A DNA stretch of 64,000 nt from assembly GCA_017427165.1 (NCBI GenBank), contig JAFRTK010000118.1:19903-83902 (forward strand). Reading direction: 5' to 3'. Source of the DNA: Clostridia bacterium (GTDB lineage: Bacteria; Bacillota; Clostridia; Christensenellales; Aristaeellaceae). The position numbers and the translations under genes are program-made. The notes beneath the pieces are model-generated. The model ran no database searches and was not told the DNA's origin. It was given only the letters and a program-made list of their open reading frames with translations. This document shows positions 1 to 12,260 of this stretch, piece after piece. The stretch's first letter is position 1. The number at the start of each line of letters is the position of its first letter.

Positions 1-169
1 TCCGCAGAATGCCGACCTGCGGGCCGGCCAGCCCGACGCCTTCCGCCTTGTACATCGTATCTGCCATATCCTTCAGCAGAATGGAAAGGCGGATATCAAA
101 CTTTTCCTGTTTCCGGCAGGTCTTCCGCAGTGTGTCATCCCCGATGGTTACAATCTTTCTGGTCGCCAT
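1..169 (-). CDS. def: Peptide deformylase (3' end runs off the window)
   Basis: Manual translation from ATG at 169: MATRKIVTIGDDTLRKTC...DMADTMYKAEGVGLAGPQVGILR. Contains PDF motif 1 (GxGLAxPQ) and lies downstream of priA as usual. Confidence 0.93.
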   Translation of the reverse strand, partial: MATRKIVTIGDDTLRKTCRKQEKFDIRLSILLKDMADTMYKAEGVGLAGPQVGILR

Positions 170-213
170 ATCCTGTTTCTGTCCTTTCTCCCTTTTCAGT
201 CCGGTTCCTTTTT

Positions 214-2451
214 TCAGATCATGGTTGTCGGATTTACTTCAAGGTAAATTTCCGCGCTGTCTGACATGGTCTCTGCCAGATCGCTGAGCTCGCTGAAAAA
301 CGCTTCTGTTTCACTGCATACCAGCGTCTTCATCAGAATCTGCCGGCGGTGTTTTCCCCGCAGCAGCTGTACGCTTGGAAGTTCATTCACGATGCTGAGC
401 ACCTTTCGCTGCCAGTCCCGATGCGTTTCCAGCACTCTTCTTGCAGCTGCTTCTGCTTCCCGCGCCATCCGGTCGGCTGTCTCTTCATCGGAGCTTTCGA
501 TCAGCAGCCTGGCAAGATTCGTAAACGGCGGATACAGACTGTTGCGGCGTCTCCTGAACTCGCTTTCAAAAAACGCGCGGTAATCCTGTTTGGAAGCAAA
601 TCCGATCACCGGGTCATCCGGCTTGTAAGTCTGGATGATCACCCGGCCCGGAACACTGCCTCTTCCGGCACGCCCCGCCACTTGGGTAAAAAGCTGGAAT
701 GCCCGTTCACGGCTCCGGTAATCCGGAAGGTTCAGCGCAAGATCGGCCGCAATTACACCGACCAGAGTCACCTGCGGAAAATCCAGGCCCTTTGCTATCA
801 TCTGGGTCCCGATCAGGATCCTTGCGCGTCCGCTTCTGAACTCCTCTAGGATTTTTCCGTGTCCGTCCTTTCCGGAGGTGGTATCATAGTCCATCCGGGC
901 TGTCGGTACTCCTGGGAGAAGCTTCTGAACCTCTTCTTCCACCTTTTGTGTTCCCGCACCGAAATATCGGATATAATGGCTACCGCAGCTGGGACATTCA
1001 GCAGGAGGAACCATCGTATGCCCGCAGTAATGGCATCTCAGGAGTCCGTCGCGGCTGCCGATATGGTAGGTCATGCTGATATCGCAATTGGGGCATTTCA
1101 CGACATATCCGCAGTTTCTGCAGGATACAAATGAATTGTATCCCCGCCGGTTCATCAGCAGAATGGCCTGTTCTCCGCGGGAGGAGCATTCCTTCAGTGC
1201 CTTTTTCAGCACACCGCTCAGCACGGAACGGTTGCCGTTTTCAAGTTCGCTGCGCATATCAGCAATTTCCACATCGGGCAGCGGACGTTCATTGACACGG
1301 TTCGGCATTTCAAGGAGCATGTAATCTCCCCGCCGGGCTTTCGCAAAGCTCAGAATGCTGGGAGTGGCGCTGGCCAGGATCAGAACTGCGTTCTCCCTTG
1401 TGCACCGGTATGCCGCCACTTCACGCGTATCATACCGCGGATGACGGTCATTCAGGTAAGTGCTTTCGTGTTCTTCGTCAATGACGATCATTCCGAGATT
1501 GTTTACAGGGGAAAAAACCGCGCTCCGGGCGCCGATCACAACCCTTGCATCACCTCTTCGGATTCTTCGCCATTCATCAAACCGTTCCCCGGGACTCAGG
1601 CGGGAGTGAATCACGGCGGCTACCGGTCCGAACCTGCCGCGGAACCAGGAAACCATCTGAGGCGTCAGTGCGATTTCCGGTACAAGGATAATTGCGCTCT
1701 TCCCAGTCGCCAGTGCATTGCGGACTGCGGCCATGAAAACCTCGGTTTTTCCGCTGCCTGTCACCCCGTGGAGAAGGAACATGCCCTTTCCGCTTTTCAG
1801 TGCCGGCAGAATTTCATCCAGGGCTTCCTGCTGTCCTGCTGTCAGGGAATACCCGGGGTCGGAGGATTCCGGGATATTCCCTCCGGGAATCCGCAGTATT
1901 TCCTCCTCTGTAATTTCCACCAGGCCTTCCGAAGCCATCTTTTTCAGCGTTTCGCGCGGGTCCTTCACAGCGGCGGTAATTTCGCTGAGCGGACGGGGTT
2001 GTCCGTCCTTCAGTAATTTCAGGATTGCAGCCCGTTTCAGGCTGCGGCTCCCCGAGGAAAGTGCAGTTTCGGCCTCGGCCGGACTGATGCGCAGCCGTAC
2101 GGTCTTCCCGGTTTTGACGTGCACTCTTCCGCCGCGCATTTGTGCGGGCATCATCAGGCGAAGCGTTTCAGCAAGCGGGCAATGGCTTTTCCGGGCCATA
2201 TCAGCCGCAAGATCCATCAGCTCAGGCGGTATTGCCGCATAATCCTCCAGGGGCCGGATAACGCTTCTGAGTTTTTCAGGGTTCACATCGGTTTCCCGGG
2301 TCAGAGCAGTCACTATGCCCTCCTTTTCCATGTGCCCGAACGGAACCGCCACCCGCTGCCCGGCTGTCAGTTCCATGCCGTCCGGAATCAGGTAGGTAAA
2401 AGGCTTTGCCACGTTCTCATGAACGATGTCCACAATCACCTGACAGAACAC
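214..2451 (-). CDS. priA: Primosomal protein N' (replication restart helicase)
   Basis: Walker A GVTGSGKT, DEEH box, four CxxC pairs, GTQMIAKGLDFP and QVAGRAGR motifs. Confidence 0.97.
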   Translation of the reverse strand: MFCQVIVDIVHENVAKPFTYLIPDGMELTAGQRVAVPFGHMEKEGIVTALTRETDVNPEKLRSVIRPLEDYAAIPPELMDLAADMARKSHCPLAETLRLMMPAQMRGGRVHVKTGKTVRLRISPAEAETALSSGSRSLKRAAILKLLKDGQPRPLSEITAAVKDPRETLKKMASEGLVEITEEEILRIPGGNIPESSDPGYSLTAGQQEALDEILPALKSGKGMFLLHGVTGSGKTEVFMAAVRNALATGKSAIILVPEIALTPQMVSWFRGRFGPVAAVIHSRLSPGERFDEWRRIRRGDARVVIGARSAVFSPVNNLGMIVIDEEHESTYLNDRHPRYDTREVAAYRCTRENAVLILASATPSILSFAKARRGDYMLLEMPNRVNERPLPDVEIADMRSELENGNRSVLSGVLKKALKECSSRGEQAILLMNRRGYNSFVSCRNCGYVVKCPNCDISMTYHIGSRDGLLRCHYCGHTMVPPAECPSCGSHYIRYFGAGTQKVEEEVQKLLPGVPTARMDYDTTSGKDGHGKILEEFRSGRARILIGTQMIAKGLDFPQVTLVGVIAADLALNLPDYRSRERAFQLFTQVAGRAGRGSVPGRVIIQTYKPDDPVIGFASKQDYRAFFESEFRRRRNSLYPPFTNLARLLIESSDEETADRMAREAEAAARRVLETHRDWQRKVLSIVNELPSVQLLRGKHRRQILMKTLVCSETEAFFSELSDLAETMSDSAEIYLEVNPTTMI

Positions 2452-2490
2452 CTTTCCGTCCTCCTTTCACGGCATAGAATACCATCTTTT

Positions 2491-2519
2491 ATTATATCTT
2501 TTTCTCGTTGTCCTGACAA
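2491..2519 (-). promoter_or_regulatory. Sigma-A-type promoter of priA-def
   Basis: Minus strand TTGTCA-N17-TATAAT. Confidence 0.7.
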
Positions 2520-2541
2520 GGAAAATCATCCGTTTCTGCGG

Positions 2542-2570
2542 TTGATTTCAAACCTGCTTTTCGCTATAAT
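2542..2570 (+). promoter_or_regulatory. Sigma-A-type promoter of the alpha-galactosidase gene
   Basis: TTGATT-N17-TATAAT, divergent from the priA promoter. Confidence 0.65.
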
Positions 2571-2611
2571 CCTCTCAGAATTCAACCCAGTCTGTTTTCG
2601 GAGGGATCCGC

Positions 2612-4774
2612 ATGTCCATTGCTGTTTCTGCAGATCAGAAAACGTTTTATCTCAGTGGAGGCAATACGTCGTATGTTCTCCATATTGATGATGATGGCCG
2701 CCTGGTGAATCTTCACTGGGGATCCCGTGTGGCGGACGGATCCCTTTCCTACTGTCCTTCTGACTACTATGGAGGCGCCAGCTTCGATAAGGAAATTTCC
2801 CGGATCCCGCTGGATATTCCATGCTGCGGAACCGGATGGTATGGCACGCCTGCAGTCGGTGTCCGGAATGCACACGGGGATGATGTGACGGATCTTCGTG
2901 TGGTTTCTTTCAGGCTCGAATCCGGCAAGCCGCCTCTTCCCGGGCTTCCCGCTGTATATACGGAATCTCCGGCAGAAGCGGATACACTGATTGTGGAACT
3001 CTGTGATGATTGGACCGGCCTTCGGGTGGACGCGCTTTACTCCGTTTACCATCATTCTGGTGTGATCGCCCGCAGCCTGAATATCCGGAATACGGGGATT
3101 CAGGCTCTTTCACTGACATCGGTATTATCCGCTTCCGTTCTTCTCTGGGAAAGCGGTCCCGATCTGATTCATCTCAAAGGCGCCTGGGCACGTGAACGGG
3201 CTGTCATCAGGACGGCTGCCGGTGAAGCAGAACATCGTATTTCTTCTGCCCGGGGTGCCTCCGGCCATGAGGAAAACCCGTTCATTGCCGTCTGTGCCCG
3301 GAATACGGATGAATTCTCGGGTCGTGTCTGGGCAATGAACCTGGTCTACAGCGGAAGCTTCCAGGCCATGTGCCGGACGGATAACGGAGGTCGTCCGCGC
3401 CTGAGCATCGGTCTGAATCCGGAGGTTTTCTCCTGGAAACTCGGGCCCGGGGAATCCTTTCATTCTCCCGAAGCGGTCCTTGTCTATTCAGACCATGGTC
3501 TGAACGGTATGTCCCAGGAATTTCATGCATTGTATCGCACCCGGCTTGTTCGCGGAACCTGGCGTGACCGCAGCCGTCCTGTCCTGATCAACAACTGGGA
3601 AGGAACCTACTTCAGTTTTACCGAAGAACGGCTGCTTGCCATTGCGGAAAAGGCAAAGCAGATCGGCATTGAATTGTTTGTGCTGGATGACGGCTGGTTC
3701 GGTGTCCGGAATTCTGATAACTGCTCCCTCGGAGACTGGACTGTCAACCGGAACAAGCTTCCTTCCGGCCTGAATGGTCTTTCGGATAAATTGCATGCAA
3801 TGGGACTGGAGTTTGGACTTTGGTTCGAACCGGAGATGGTTTCACCGGACAGTATACTGTACCGGACACATCCGGACTGGTGCCTTCATGTACCTGGACG
3901 TCACCGGACCGAAGCCCGGAATCAGTTGATTCTCGATTTGTCACGCCCTGATGTACAGGATTACATTATCTCCGCAGTTTCGGCTGTGCTTTCTTCCGCG
4001 CGGATTGATTATGTCAAGTGGGATATGAACCGGAACATGACCGAAGCCTTTTCTGAAGCGCTTCCGGCAGACCGGCGTTCTGAAACGCAGCACCGTTATA
4101 TTCTCGGCCTGTATCGTGTGCTGGAAACAGTCACTTCCTCTTTTCCCGATATTCTGTTTGAATCCTGTTCCGGTGGTGGCGGCCGTTTTGATCCCGGAAT
4201 GCTTTATTATATGCCGCAGACCTGGACCAGTGATGATACAGACGCGGTTGAACGTCTTAAAATCCAGTATGGAACTTCATTTGTATATCCGGTTTCAGCT
4301 ATGGGAGCCCATGTAAGTGCTGTGCCGAATCACCAGACCGGCCGTATAACACCCATGCGGACACGCGGTGAAGTTGCACTGGCCGGGAATTTCGGTTTTG
4401 AGCTGGATCTTTCCGAACTGTCCGCGGAAGACCTTTCAGAAGCGGCCGACCTTGTCCGCCGGGTAAAGGAAATTCGGGATCTTACCCGGACCGGAACATT
4501 CTGGCGCCTGCTTTCCCCCTTTGATGGCACGTATACAGCCTGGTCTTCTGTATCGGATGATCAGAAAAGCGTTCTCCTTTTTGCCTACCGGTCGCTTTCT
4601 TCACCGAATTCTTCCCCGCTGCGCATTCGTCTGGCCGGCCTTAATCCGGCTTTGTCCTACAGGAACGAAGAGGACGGTACCATCTGTCATGGCACCGCCC
4701 TCATGAATGCCGGCCTCACTGTCCGCCTGAACGGGGATTTTTCCAGCCGGGTATATCGTTTTTCCGCTGTCTGA
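2612..4774 (+). CDS. Alpha-galactosidase, GH36
   Basis: GH36 motifs NNWEGTYF, LFVLDDGWFG, FGLWFEPEMVS, YVKWDMNR, CSGGGGRFD, WTSDDTD. Confidence 0.95.
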   Translation: MSIAVSADQKTFYLSGGNTSYVLHIDDDGRLVNLHWGSRVADGSLSYCPSDYYGGASFDKEISRIPLDIPCCGTGWYGTPAVGVRNAHGDDVTDLRVVSFRLESGKPPLPGLPAVYTESPAEADTLIVELCDDWTGLRVDALYSVYHHSGVIARSLNIRNTGIQALSLTSVLSASVLLWESGPDLIHLKGAWARERAVIRTAAGEAEHRISSARGASGHEENPFIAVCARNTDEFSGRVWAMNLVYSGSFQAMCRTDNGGRPRLSIGLNPEVFSWKLGPGESFHSPEAVLVYSDHGLNGMSQEFHALYRTRLVRGTWRDRSRPVLINNWEGTYFSFTEERLLAIAEKAKQIGIELFVLDDGWFGVRNSDNCSLGDWTVNRNKLPSGLNGLSDKLHAMGLEFGLWFEPEMVSPDSILYRTHPDWCLHVPGRHRTEARNQLILDLSRPDVQDYIISAVSAVLSSARIDYVKWDMNRNMTEAFSEALPADRRSETQHRYILGLYRVLETVTSSFPDILFESCSGGGGRFDPGMLYYMPQTWTSDDTDAVERLKIQYGTSFVYPVSAMGAHVSAVPNHQTGRITPMRTRGEVALAGNFGFELDLSELSAEDLSEAADLVRRVKEIRDLTRTGTFWRLLSPFDGTYTAWSSVSDDQKSVLLFAYRSLSSPNSSPLRIRLAGLNPALSYRNEEDGTICHGTALMNAGLTVRLNGDFSSRVYRFSAV

Positions 4775-4775
4775 T

Positions 4776-5696
4776 TTACCTGGTAATCGTCTTGATATCA
4801 TAGGGTGTAGTCTGGTAAACCATGTAGTTCAGCCAGTTTGCGTACAGCAGGTTTGCATGGCTGCGCCATGTGACCATCGGTTCCTTTGTATCATCATCAT
4901 TCGGATAATAGTTTTTCGGAATATCAATCGGCAGTCCCGCGTTTTTGTCACGCAGGTATTCTTTTTCCAGCGTCAGCGGATCATATTCACTGTGTCCTGT
5001 TATGAATACCTGCCTTCCGTTGTCAGTGCAGCATGCATATACACCGGCTTCTTCAGAAGATGCCAGGATTTTCAGTGATCCGCATGCTTCAATATCCTCC
5101 CTGCGCACGGTTGTGTGCCGGCTGTGCGGGGCCATAAACACATCATCAAATCCGCGCAGCAGAATATAGTTTTTTCTCTCTGCACGATGGGGAAAAATAC
5201 CGAAAAGTTTTTTCTCCAGCGGGTATTTTTTGATGCCGAAATGGTAATATAGCGCAGCCTGCGCTCCCCAGCAGATATGGAACGTGGAATGAACATGTTC
5301 CTTGCTCCACTCCATGATTTCACATAGTTCTTCCCAGTATTCCACTTCTTCAAACGGCAGGTGTTCCACGGGGGCGCCGGTAATGATCATCCCGTCAAAA
5401 TTCCGGTCCCGGATTTCATTGAAGCTTTTGTAAAAAGCAGTCAGGTGCTCTGGAGCAGTATTTTTGGGAACATGCGAATCCATTTTGATCAGCTCTGTTT
5501 CCACCTGCAGCGCGGTATTCCCCAGAAGCCTGAGCAGCTGGGTCTCTGTATCAATCTTCGTGGGCATCAGGTTCACAATGGCGATCTGCAGCGGACGGAT
5601 ATCCTGGGTACGTGCGCGGGTCTCCGTCATGACAAATATGTTCTCGGCTGTCAGCGTTCGGTATGCCGGCAGTTCGTTCGGGATCTTGATCGGCAA
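4776..5696 (-). CDS. metA: Homoserine O-acyltransferase, MetA family, probably acetyl-CoA specific
   Basis: NLMP, catalytic ICWGAQA, GHSEY, WRSHA. TGAPVE has Glu at the specificity position (acetyl type). TTG start. Confidence 0.95.
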   Translation of the reverse strand: MPIKIPNELPAYRTLTAENIFVMTETRARTQDIRPLQIAIVNLMPTKIDTETQLLRLLGNTALQVETELIKMDSHVPKNTAPEHLTAFYKSFNEIRDRNFDGMIITGAPVEHLPFEEVEYWEELCEIMEWSKEHVHSTFHICWGAQAALYYHFGIKKYPLEKKLFGIFPHRAERKNYILLRGFDDVFMAPHSRHTTVRREDIEACGSLKILASSEEAGVYACCTDNGRQVFITGHSEYDPLTLEKEYLRDKNAGLPIDIPKNYYPNDDDTKEPMVTWRSHANLLYANWLNYMVYQTTPYDIKTITR

Positions 5697-5796
5697 TTCG
5701 GTTCATTCCTTTCCTCAGGGGTTCTTTGTTCCGCAGTTTAGCACAGCTCATGCCTTTTCTCAAGCAATTGAACTGCAAAAGAACATATTGGAGCGC

Positions 5797-5828
5797 AAAA
5801 AAAGACAGGCGGCGTTTCGCCGTCTGTC
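5797..5828 (-). terminator. Intrinsic terminator of groESL
   Basis: Minus strand GACAGACGGC-GAAAC-GCCGCCTGTC followed by T7. Confidence 0.85.
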
Positions 5829-5844
5829 CTGTTCAGTTTCTGAA

Positions 5845-7485
<1,641 letters not shown>

Positions 7486-7503
7486 TTATATTCTTTCAGC
7501 GGA

Positions 7504-7849
<346 letters not shown>

Positions 7850-7860
7850 CAACATGATGT

Positions 7861-7889
7861 AATATAATGCTTTTATGGAAAAAAGGCAA
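7861..7889 (-). promoter_or_regulatory. Sigma-A-type promoter of groESL
   Basis: Minus strand TTGCCT-N17-TATATT just upstream of CIRCE. Confidence 0.7.
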
Positions 7890-8050
7890 CCCCATACCAT
7901 CACGGTTTTGCGCTGTTTTCTCTCTTTTTCTCCGTTTTTTTTCTGTTTTTGCCGGTTTTATCCGGTTTTTGTCGATTTGTCTGCCGAAATGGTTATGCTA
8001 CAATACCGGAGAATAAATCCGTACCCGTACCTGTGAATCACTGAAAGGCT

Positions 8051-9094
8051 GTGAAATTGATGCATCCTGTCTCTTCGGCCCTGTTGTCCTGGTATGACCG
8101 GAATGCCCGTGTACTTCCCTGGCGCGGTATTCACGATTCGTACCGGACCTGGGTCAGTGAAGCAATGCTTCAGCAGACACGTGTGGAAACAGTTCTTCCC
8201 TATTACAGCCGTTTTCTTTCCCGTTTTCCGACCCTCAGCTCCCTTGCGGAAGCAGATGAGTCGGATGTCCTGAAACATTGGGAAGGACTGGGTTATTACT
8301 CCCGTGCACGGAATCTTTTGGCGGGAGCCCGCCAGGTAATGCGTGATTTCAACGGAAGCCTGCCGCAGGATCCGGAAAAACTTCGTAAAATCAGCGGAAT
8401 TGGCCCTTATATGGCCGGTGCGATTGCTTCCATTGCGTTTGATATTCCGGTTCCGGCAGTGGACGGAAACGTGATTCGGGTTATATCCCGTCTGTATAAT
8501 ATTGTTGAGGATGCTTCCAGGCCGGCTGTACGGCGTAAAATCGAATCCATTGCGGCAGAACTTGTTCCTCCTGAACGTCCGGGAGATCATAACCAGGCAT
8601 TAATGGATCTCGGATCCGGTATTTGTGTTCCCGGAACTCCGGATTGCAGCCGCTGTCCGCTCTCTTCATTCTGCAGATCGCTTTCATCCGGTAATCCCGC
8701 TGATCTGCCGGTATTGCCGAAGTCCCGTCCGCAGAAGGTGATTCCCTGGACTGTCCTGATCATCCGTTCCGGCGGCCGCGTACTTCTGCGCCGGAGAACG
8801 GAAAAGCTTCTTCAGGGGCTCTGGTGCTTTCCGATGGTCGAAGGCTGCCTGACACCCGAAGAAGCCGCGGAAGCGGCATATAAGGCCCTTGGGCTTCCGG
8901 CCCGGATTCTTTGTTCCTGCGGCAAAGCCCGGCATGTTTTTACCCATCAGGTATGGGATATGAATCTCATTTCCCTTTTATCCGAAACGGATTTGCCGGC
9001 ACCGAAGGGATATTGCTGGATTCCGGTTCCGGACATCAGAAAAATCGCCCTGCCGTCCGCGATGAACGCGGCGGTCAGGGCGCTGGATGAATGA
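8051..9094 (+). CDS. mutY: A/G-specific adenine glycosylase
   Basis: WVSEAMLQQT, WEGLGYYSRARN, HhH GIGPY, VDGNV, 4Fe-4S motif C-x6-C-x2-C-x5-C, C-terminal NUDIX-like domain (HVFTH). Confidence 0.96.
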   Translation: MKLMHPVSSALLSWYDRNARVLPWRGIHDSYRTWVSEAMLQQTRVETVLPYYSRFLSRFPTLSSLAEADESDVLKHWEGLGYYSRARNLLAGARQVMRDFNGSLPQDPEKLRKISGIGPYMAGAIASIAFDIPVPAVDGNVIRVISRLYNIVEDASRPAVRRKIESIAAELVPPERPGDHNQALMDLGSGICVPGTPDCSRCPLSSFCRSLSSGNPADLPVLPKSRPQKVIPWTVLIIRSGGRVLLRRRTEKLLQGLWCFPMVEGCLTPEEAAEAAYKALGLPARILCSCGKARHVFTHQVWDMNLISLLSETDLPAPKGYCWIPVPDIRKIALPSAMNAAVRALDE

Positions 9095-9103
9095 TCCGGA
9101 TCA

Positions 9104-10486
9104 TCAGGCATGAAGCATAAAGGCCTTGTAAGCTTTCACAGCTTCATAAAGATCCGCCTTGGAGATGATCTCCATCGGAGCGTGCATATTCAGCACCGCA
9201 ACACCGCTGTCAATGACCTCCATGCCGTACAGTGCACAGATATAGGCAATGGTTCCGCCGCCTCCGAGGTCTACCCGCCCAAGCTCTGCAGTCTGGAAAC
9301 AAACCTTGTTGTCATCCATGATCTTCCGGAGTTTTGCGATAAACTCGGCATTCGCGTCATTGGATCCGCCCTTTCCGCGTGATCCGGTAAATTTGTTGTA
9401 GCATACACCGCGTCCCAGGAAAGCGGCGTTTTTCTTTTCAAATGCATCCCCGTAAAGCGGATCATAGCCTGCGCTCACATCGCAGCTCAGCATTCGGCTG
9501 TTCTGAAGTGTCCGGCGAAGGGCGATGCTGTTGGTCTCACCGTTCAGGTTCAGGATTTCAGCCACCGCGTTTTCAAAGTATTTCGCCTGCATTCCGGTAG
9601 CTCCGATGCTGCCGATTTCTTCCTTGTCCACCAGCATCCCGCAGCATGTATATTCCGGGATGCCCTGGATCGACAGAATCGCCGCCAGTTCAGCAAATGC
9701 ACAGACACGGTCATCATGACCGTATCCCATAATCATACTCCGGTCCAGGCCGAAATCCCGGGCTTTTCCGGCCGGAACCGCCTCGATCTCAGCGCTCAGG
9801 AAATCCTCTTCATCAATGTTATATTCATCCTTCAGGATTTTCAGCAGTCCGGCCTTTACCGGTTCTTTTTCCGCATCAGCAAGGGGTTTTCCGCCGATCA
9901 TGATATCCAGCTTTTCACCGCTGATGGCCTCGCCCAGGGTTTTCTTCATCTGTTCCTGGCTCAGGTGGATCAGCAGGTCGGTAACGCCGACGACCGGATC
10001 GTCTTCCTTTTCACCGATACGGATTTCAATGATTGATCCGTCCTTTTTGGCGACTACTCCATGAAGGGCCAGTTCTCGCGCCACCCATTGATATTTCTTT
10101 ACGCCGCCGTAGTAATGCGTATCGGCGAGAGCAAAATCATTGTCTTCATACAAGGGATTCTGCTTCAGGTCCAGGCGGGGCGAATCAATATGCGCGCCTA
10201 CAATATTCATACCCGTTTCCAGCGGTTTTTTGCCGATCAGGAAAATCAGCACGGCTTTTCCCATCTGGTTTACATAAACCTTGTCGCCGGGTTTCAGCTT
10301 TTTTCCTGCCTCGATGGCGCTTTTCAGGGATACATATCCGGCCTTTTCCAGCATTTCCACAGTTTCAGCGGCGCATTCACGTTCCGTCTTTCCGTTATCC
10401 AGGAAACGGCGGTATTCAGCTGCGGTCTGCTCCACCTTTTTCAGGTCGGCTTTCTTATACGTTTTCCATGCGTTGGGTCTTTCCAT
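9104..10486 (-). CDS. M18 family (aspartyl) aminopeptidase
   Basis: GAHIDSPRLD, HDDRVC, DKEEIGS, MHAPME; start placed at MERPNAW. Confidence 0.93.
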   Translation of the reverse strand: MERPNAWKTYKKADLKKVEQTAAEYRRFLDNGKTERECAAETVEMLEKAGYVSLKSAIEAGKKLKPGDKVYVNQMGKAVLIFLIGKKPLETGMNIVGAHIDSPRLDLKQNPLYEDNDFALADTHYYGGVKKYQWVARELALHGVVAKKDGSIIEIRIGEKEDDPVVGVTDLLIHLSQEQMKKTLGEAISGEKLDIMIGGKPLADAEKEPVKAGLLKILKDEYNIDEEDFLSAEIEAVPAGKARDFGLDRSMIMGYGHDDRVCAFAELAAILSIQGIPEYTCCGMLVDKEEIGSIGATGMQAKYFENAVAEILNLNGETNSIALRRTLQNSRMLSCDVSAGYDPLYGDAFEKKNAAFLGRGVCYNKFTGSRGKGGSNDANAEFIAKLRKIMDDNKVCFQTAELGRVDLGGGGTIAYICALYGMEVIDSGVAVLNMHAPMEIISKADLYEAVKAYKAFMLHA

Positions 10487-10664
10487 GACAAAACACTCCT
10501 TCCGGGGAAATGATATGTGATTGGTATTATTCGCGGTTATTTTATCATTCTTTACACGGAATGACAATGAATTTTCACATCCCCTTCACACAGCGCACGC
10601 ATAATCGTGATTTTCCGCCTGTATATTAATTGTGAATTTCAATGTTTCGAAAGGCGGTTAGGCA

Positions 10665-12248
10665 ATGTCCGTATTGATCGGTATTGACCTGGGTACAACC
10701 AATTCCTGTGTCAGCTTTATGGAAAACGGCCGGGCTGTCATTGTTCCGAATGCAGAAGGCGGCCGGACGACTCCGTCGGTTGTTGCTTTTTCCCGAAACG
10801 GTGAGCGTCTGGTCGGAATGCCGGCCAAGCGGCAGGCTGTAACAAATGCTTCCCGTACGTTTTCCTCTGTCAAACGGGAAATGGGTTCGGACAGGCGCTA
10901 TAATGTGGACGGAAAGCCATATGCTCCGCAGGAAATATCTGCTATGATTCTCCGCAAGCTGAAATCCGATGCGGAAGCGTATATCGGTGAACCCGTATCC
11001 GATGCGGTCATTACAGTTCCCGCCTATTTTTCCGATGCCCAGCGCCAGGCAACGCGAGATGCAGGGGTGATTGCAGGCCTGAATGTCCGGCGCATCATCA
11101 ATGAGCCCACTTCAGCCGCCCTTGCCTATGGCTTTGATAAGGGGCAGCCCTGCAAAATCATGGTGTTTGACCTAGGAGGAGGCACTTTCGACGTCAGCAT
11201 CCTGGATATCAACCGCGATACCATTGAAGTGCTGGCCACAGCCGGGAACAATCATCTTGGCGGCGATGATTTTGACCAGTGCCTCGTCGGTTATCTGCTG
11301 GACCTTTTCCGCCGGGAACATAATATCGACCTTTCAAAGGATGTAATGGCCATGCAGCGCCTGACGGAAGCTGCGGAAAAGGCAAAAATCGATTTGTCTG
11401 CCGCGCAGGAAGCAGTCATCAGCCTTCCTTTCCTTGCGCAGGGTTCTTCTGGCCCGCTGCATCTGGAAACAACGGTTACCCGTTCGCGGTTTAACGAGCT
11501 GACTTCCCATCTGGTATCCGCTGTCAAAGGCCCGGTCCTCCAGGCGCTGGACGATGCCGGACTGAAAGCATCGGACCTGAGCCGGGTCCTTCTGGTCGGC
11601 GGCTCCACCCGGATTCCTGCTGTCCAGGATGCCGTAAGGTCATTGACCGGTAAAGAACCCTCCCGGGATATCAATCCGGATGAATGTGTGGCAATGGGAG
11701 CCTGTCTGCAGGGCGGTGTGCTGACCGGCACAATTAATTCCATTGTCCTGATTGATGTTACGCCTTTGTCCCTCGGAATTGAGACCCTTGGAGATGTTTT
11801 TGCAAAGATCATCGACCGTAATACACCGCTTCCCTGCCAGCACTCCCAGGTTTTCACCACTGCGGCCAATTTCCAGACCAGCGTGGAAATCAATGTTCTT
11901 CAGGGAGAACGGGAGATGGCTTCCGGCAACAAATCACTCGGGCATTTCCGCCTGGAAGGGATCCGGCGCGCACTCCGCGGCATCCCGCAGATCGAAGTGA
12001 CTTTTTCCATTGACACAAACGGAATTGTCCATGTATCCGCCCGGGATCTTTCCACCGGCAGCTCCCAGAATATCACGATATCCGGTTCCGGAAACATGTC
12101 CCGTGAGGAAATCGACCGTGCAATCCGGGATGCCGACCGGTATGCCGAAGAGGACAGGCAGCGTCGTGAAGCCCGTCAGTCCGAATCCCGTTCCCCGAAG
12201 AGCACCGGCAGTTCCGGTGCCGGTGATGACGGTGCGTATGATGTGTAA
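10665..12248 (+). CDS. Hsp70/DnaK paralogue lacking most of the alpha-helical lid (527 aa)
   Basis: [41 protein letters not shown], linker DVTPLSLG and complete SBD-beta. Stops about 20 aa after the start of helix B. Confidence 0.92.
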   Translation: MSVLIGIDLGTTNSCVSFMENGRAVIVPNAEGGRTTPSVVAFSRNGERLVGMPAKRQAVTNASRTFSSVKREMGSDRRYNVDGKPYAPQEISAMILRKLKSDAEAYIGEPVSDAVITVPAYFSDAQRQATRDAGVIAGLNVRRIINEPTSAALAYGFDKGQPCKIMVFDLGGGTFDVSILDINRDTIEVLATAGNNHLGGDDFDQCLVGYLLDLFRREHNIDLSKDVMAMQRLTEAAEKAKIDLSAAQEAVISLPFLAQGSSGPLHLETTVTRSRFNELTSHLVSAVKGPVLQALDDAGLKASDLSRVLLVGGSTRIPAVQDAVRSLTGKEPSRDINPDECVAMGACLQGGVLTGTINSIVLIDVTPLSLGIETLGDVFAKIIDRNTPLPCQHSQVFTTAANFQTSVEINVLQGEREMASGNKSLGHFRLEGIRRALRGIPQIEVTFSIDTNGIVHVSARDLSTGSSQNITISGSGNMSREEIDRAIRDADRYAEEDRQRREARQSESRSPKSTGSSGAGDDGAYDV

Positions 12249-12260
12249 GGCGGTGAATCA

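Noticed and set aside
10490-10664. Heat-shock (CIRCE) control of the Hsp70 paralogue
   Set aside because: No TTAGCACTC-N9-GAGTGCTAA or close variant in the intergenic region.
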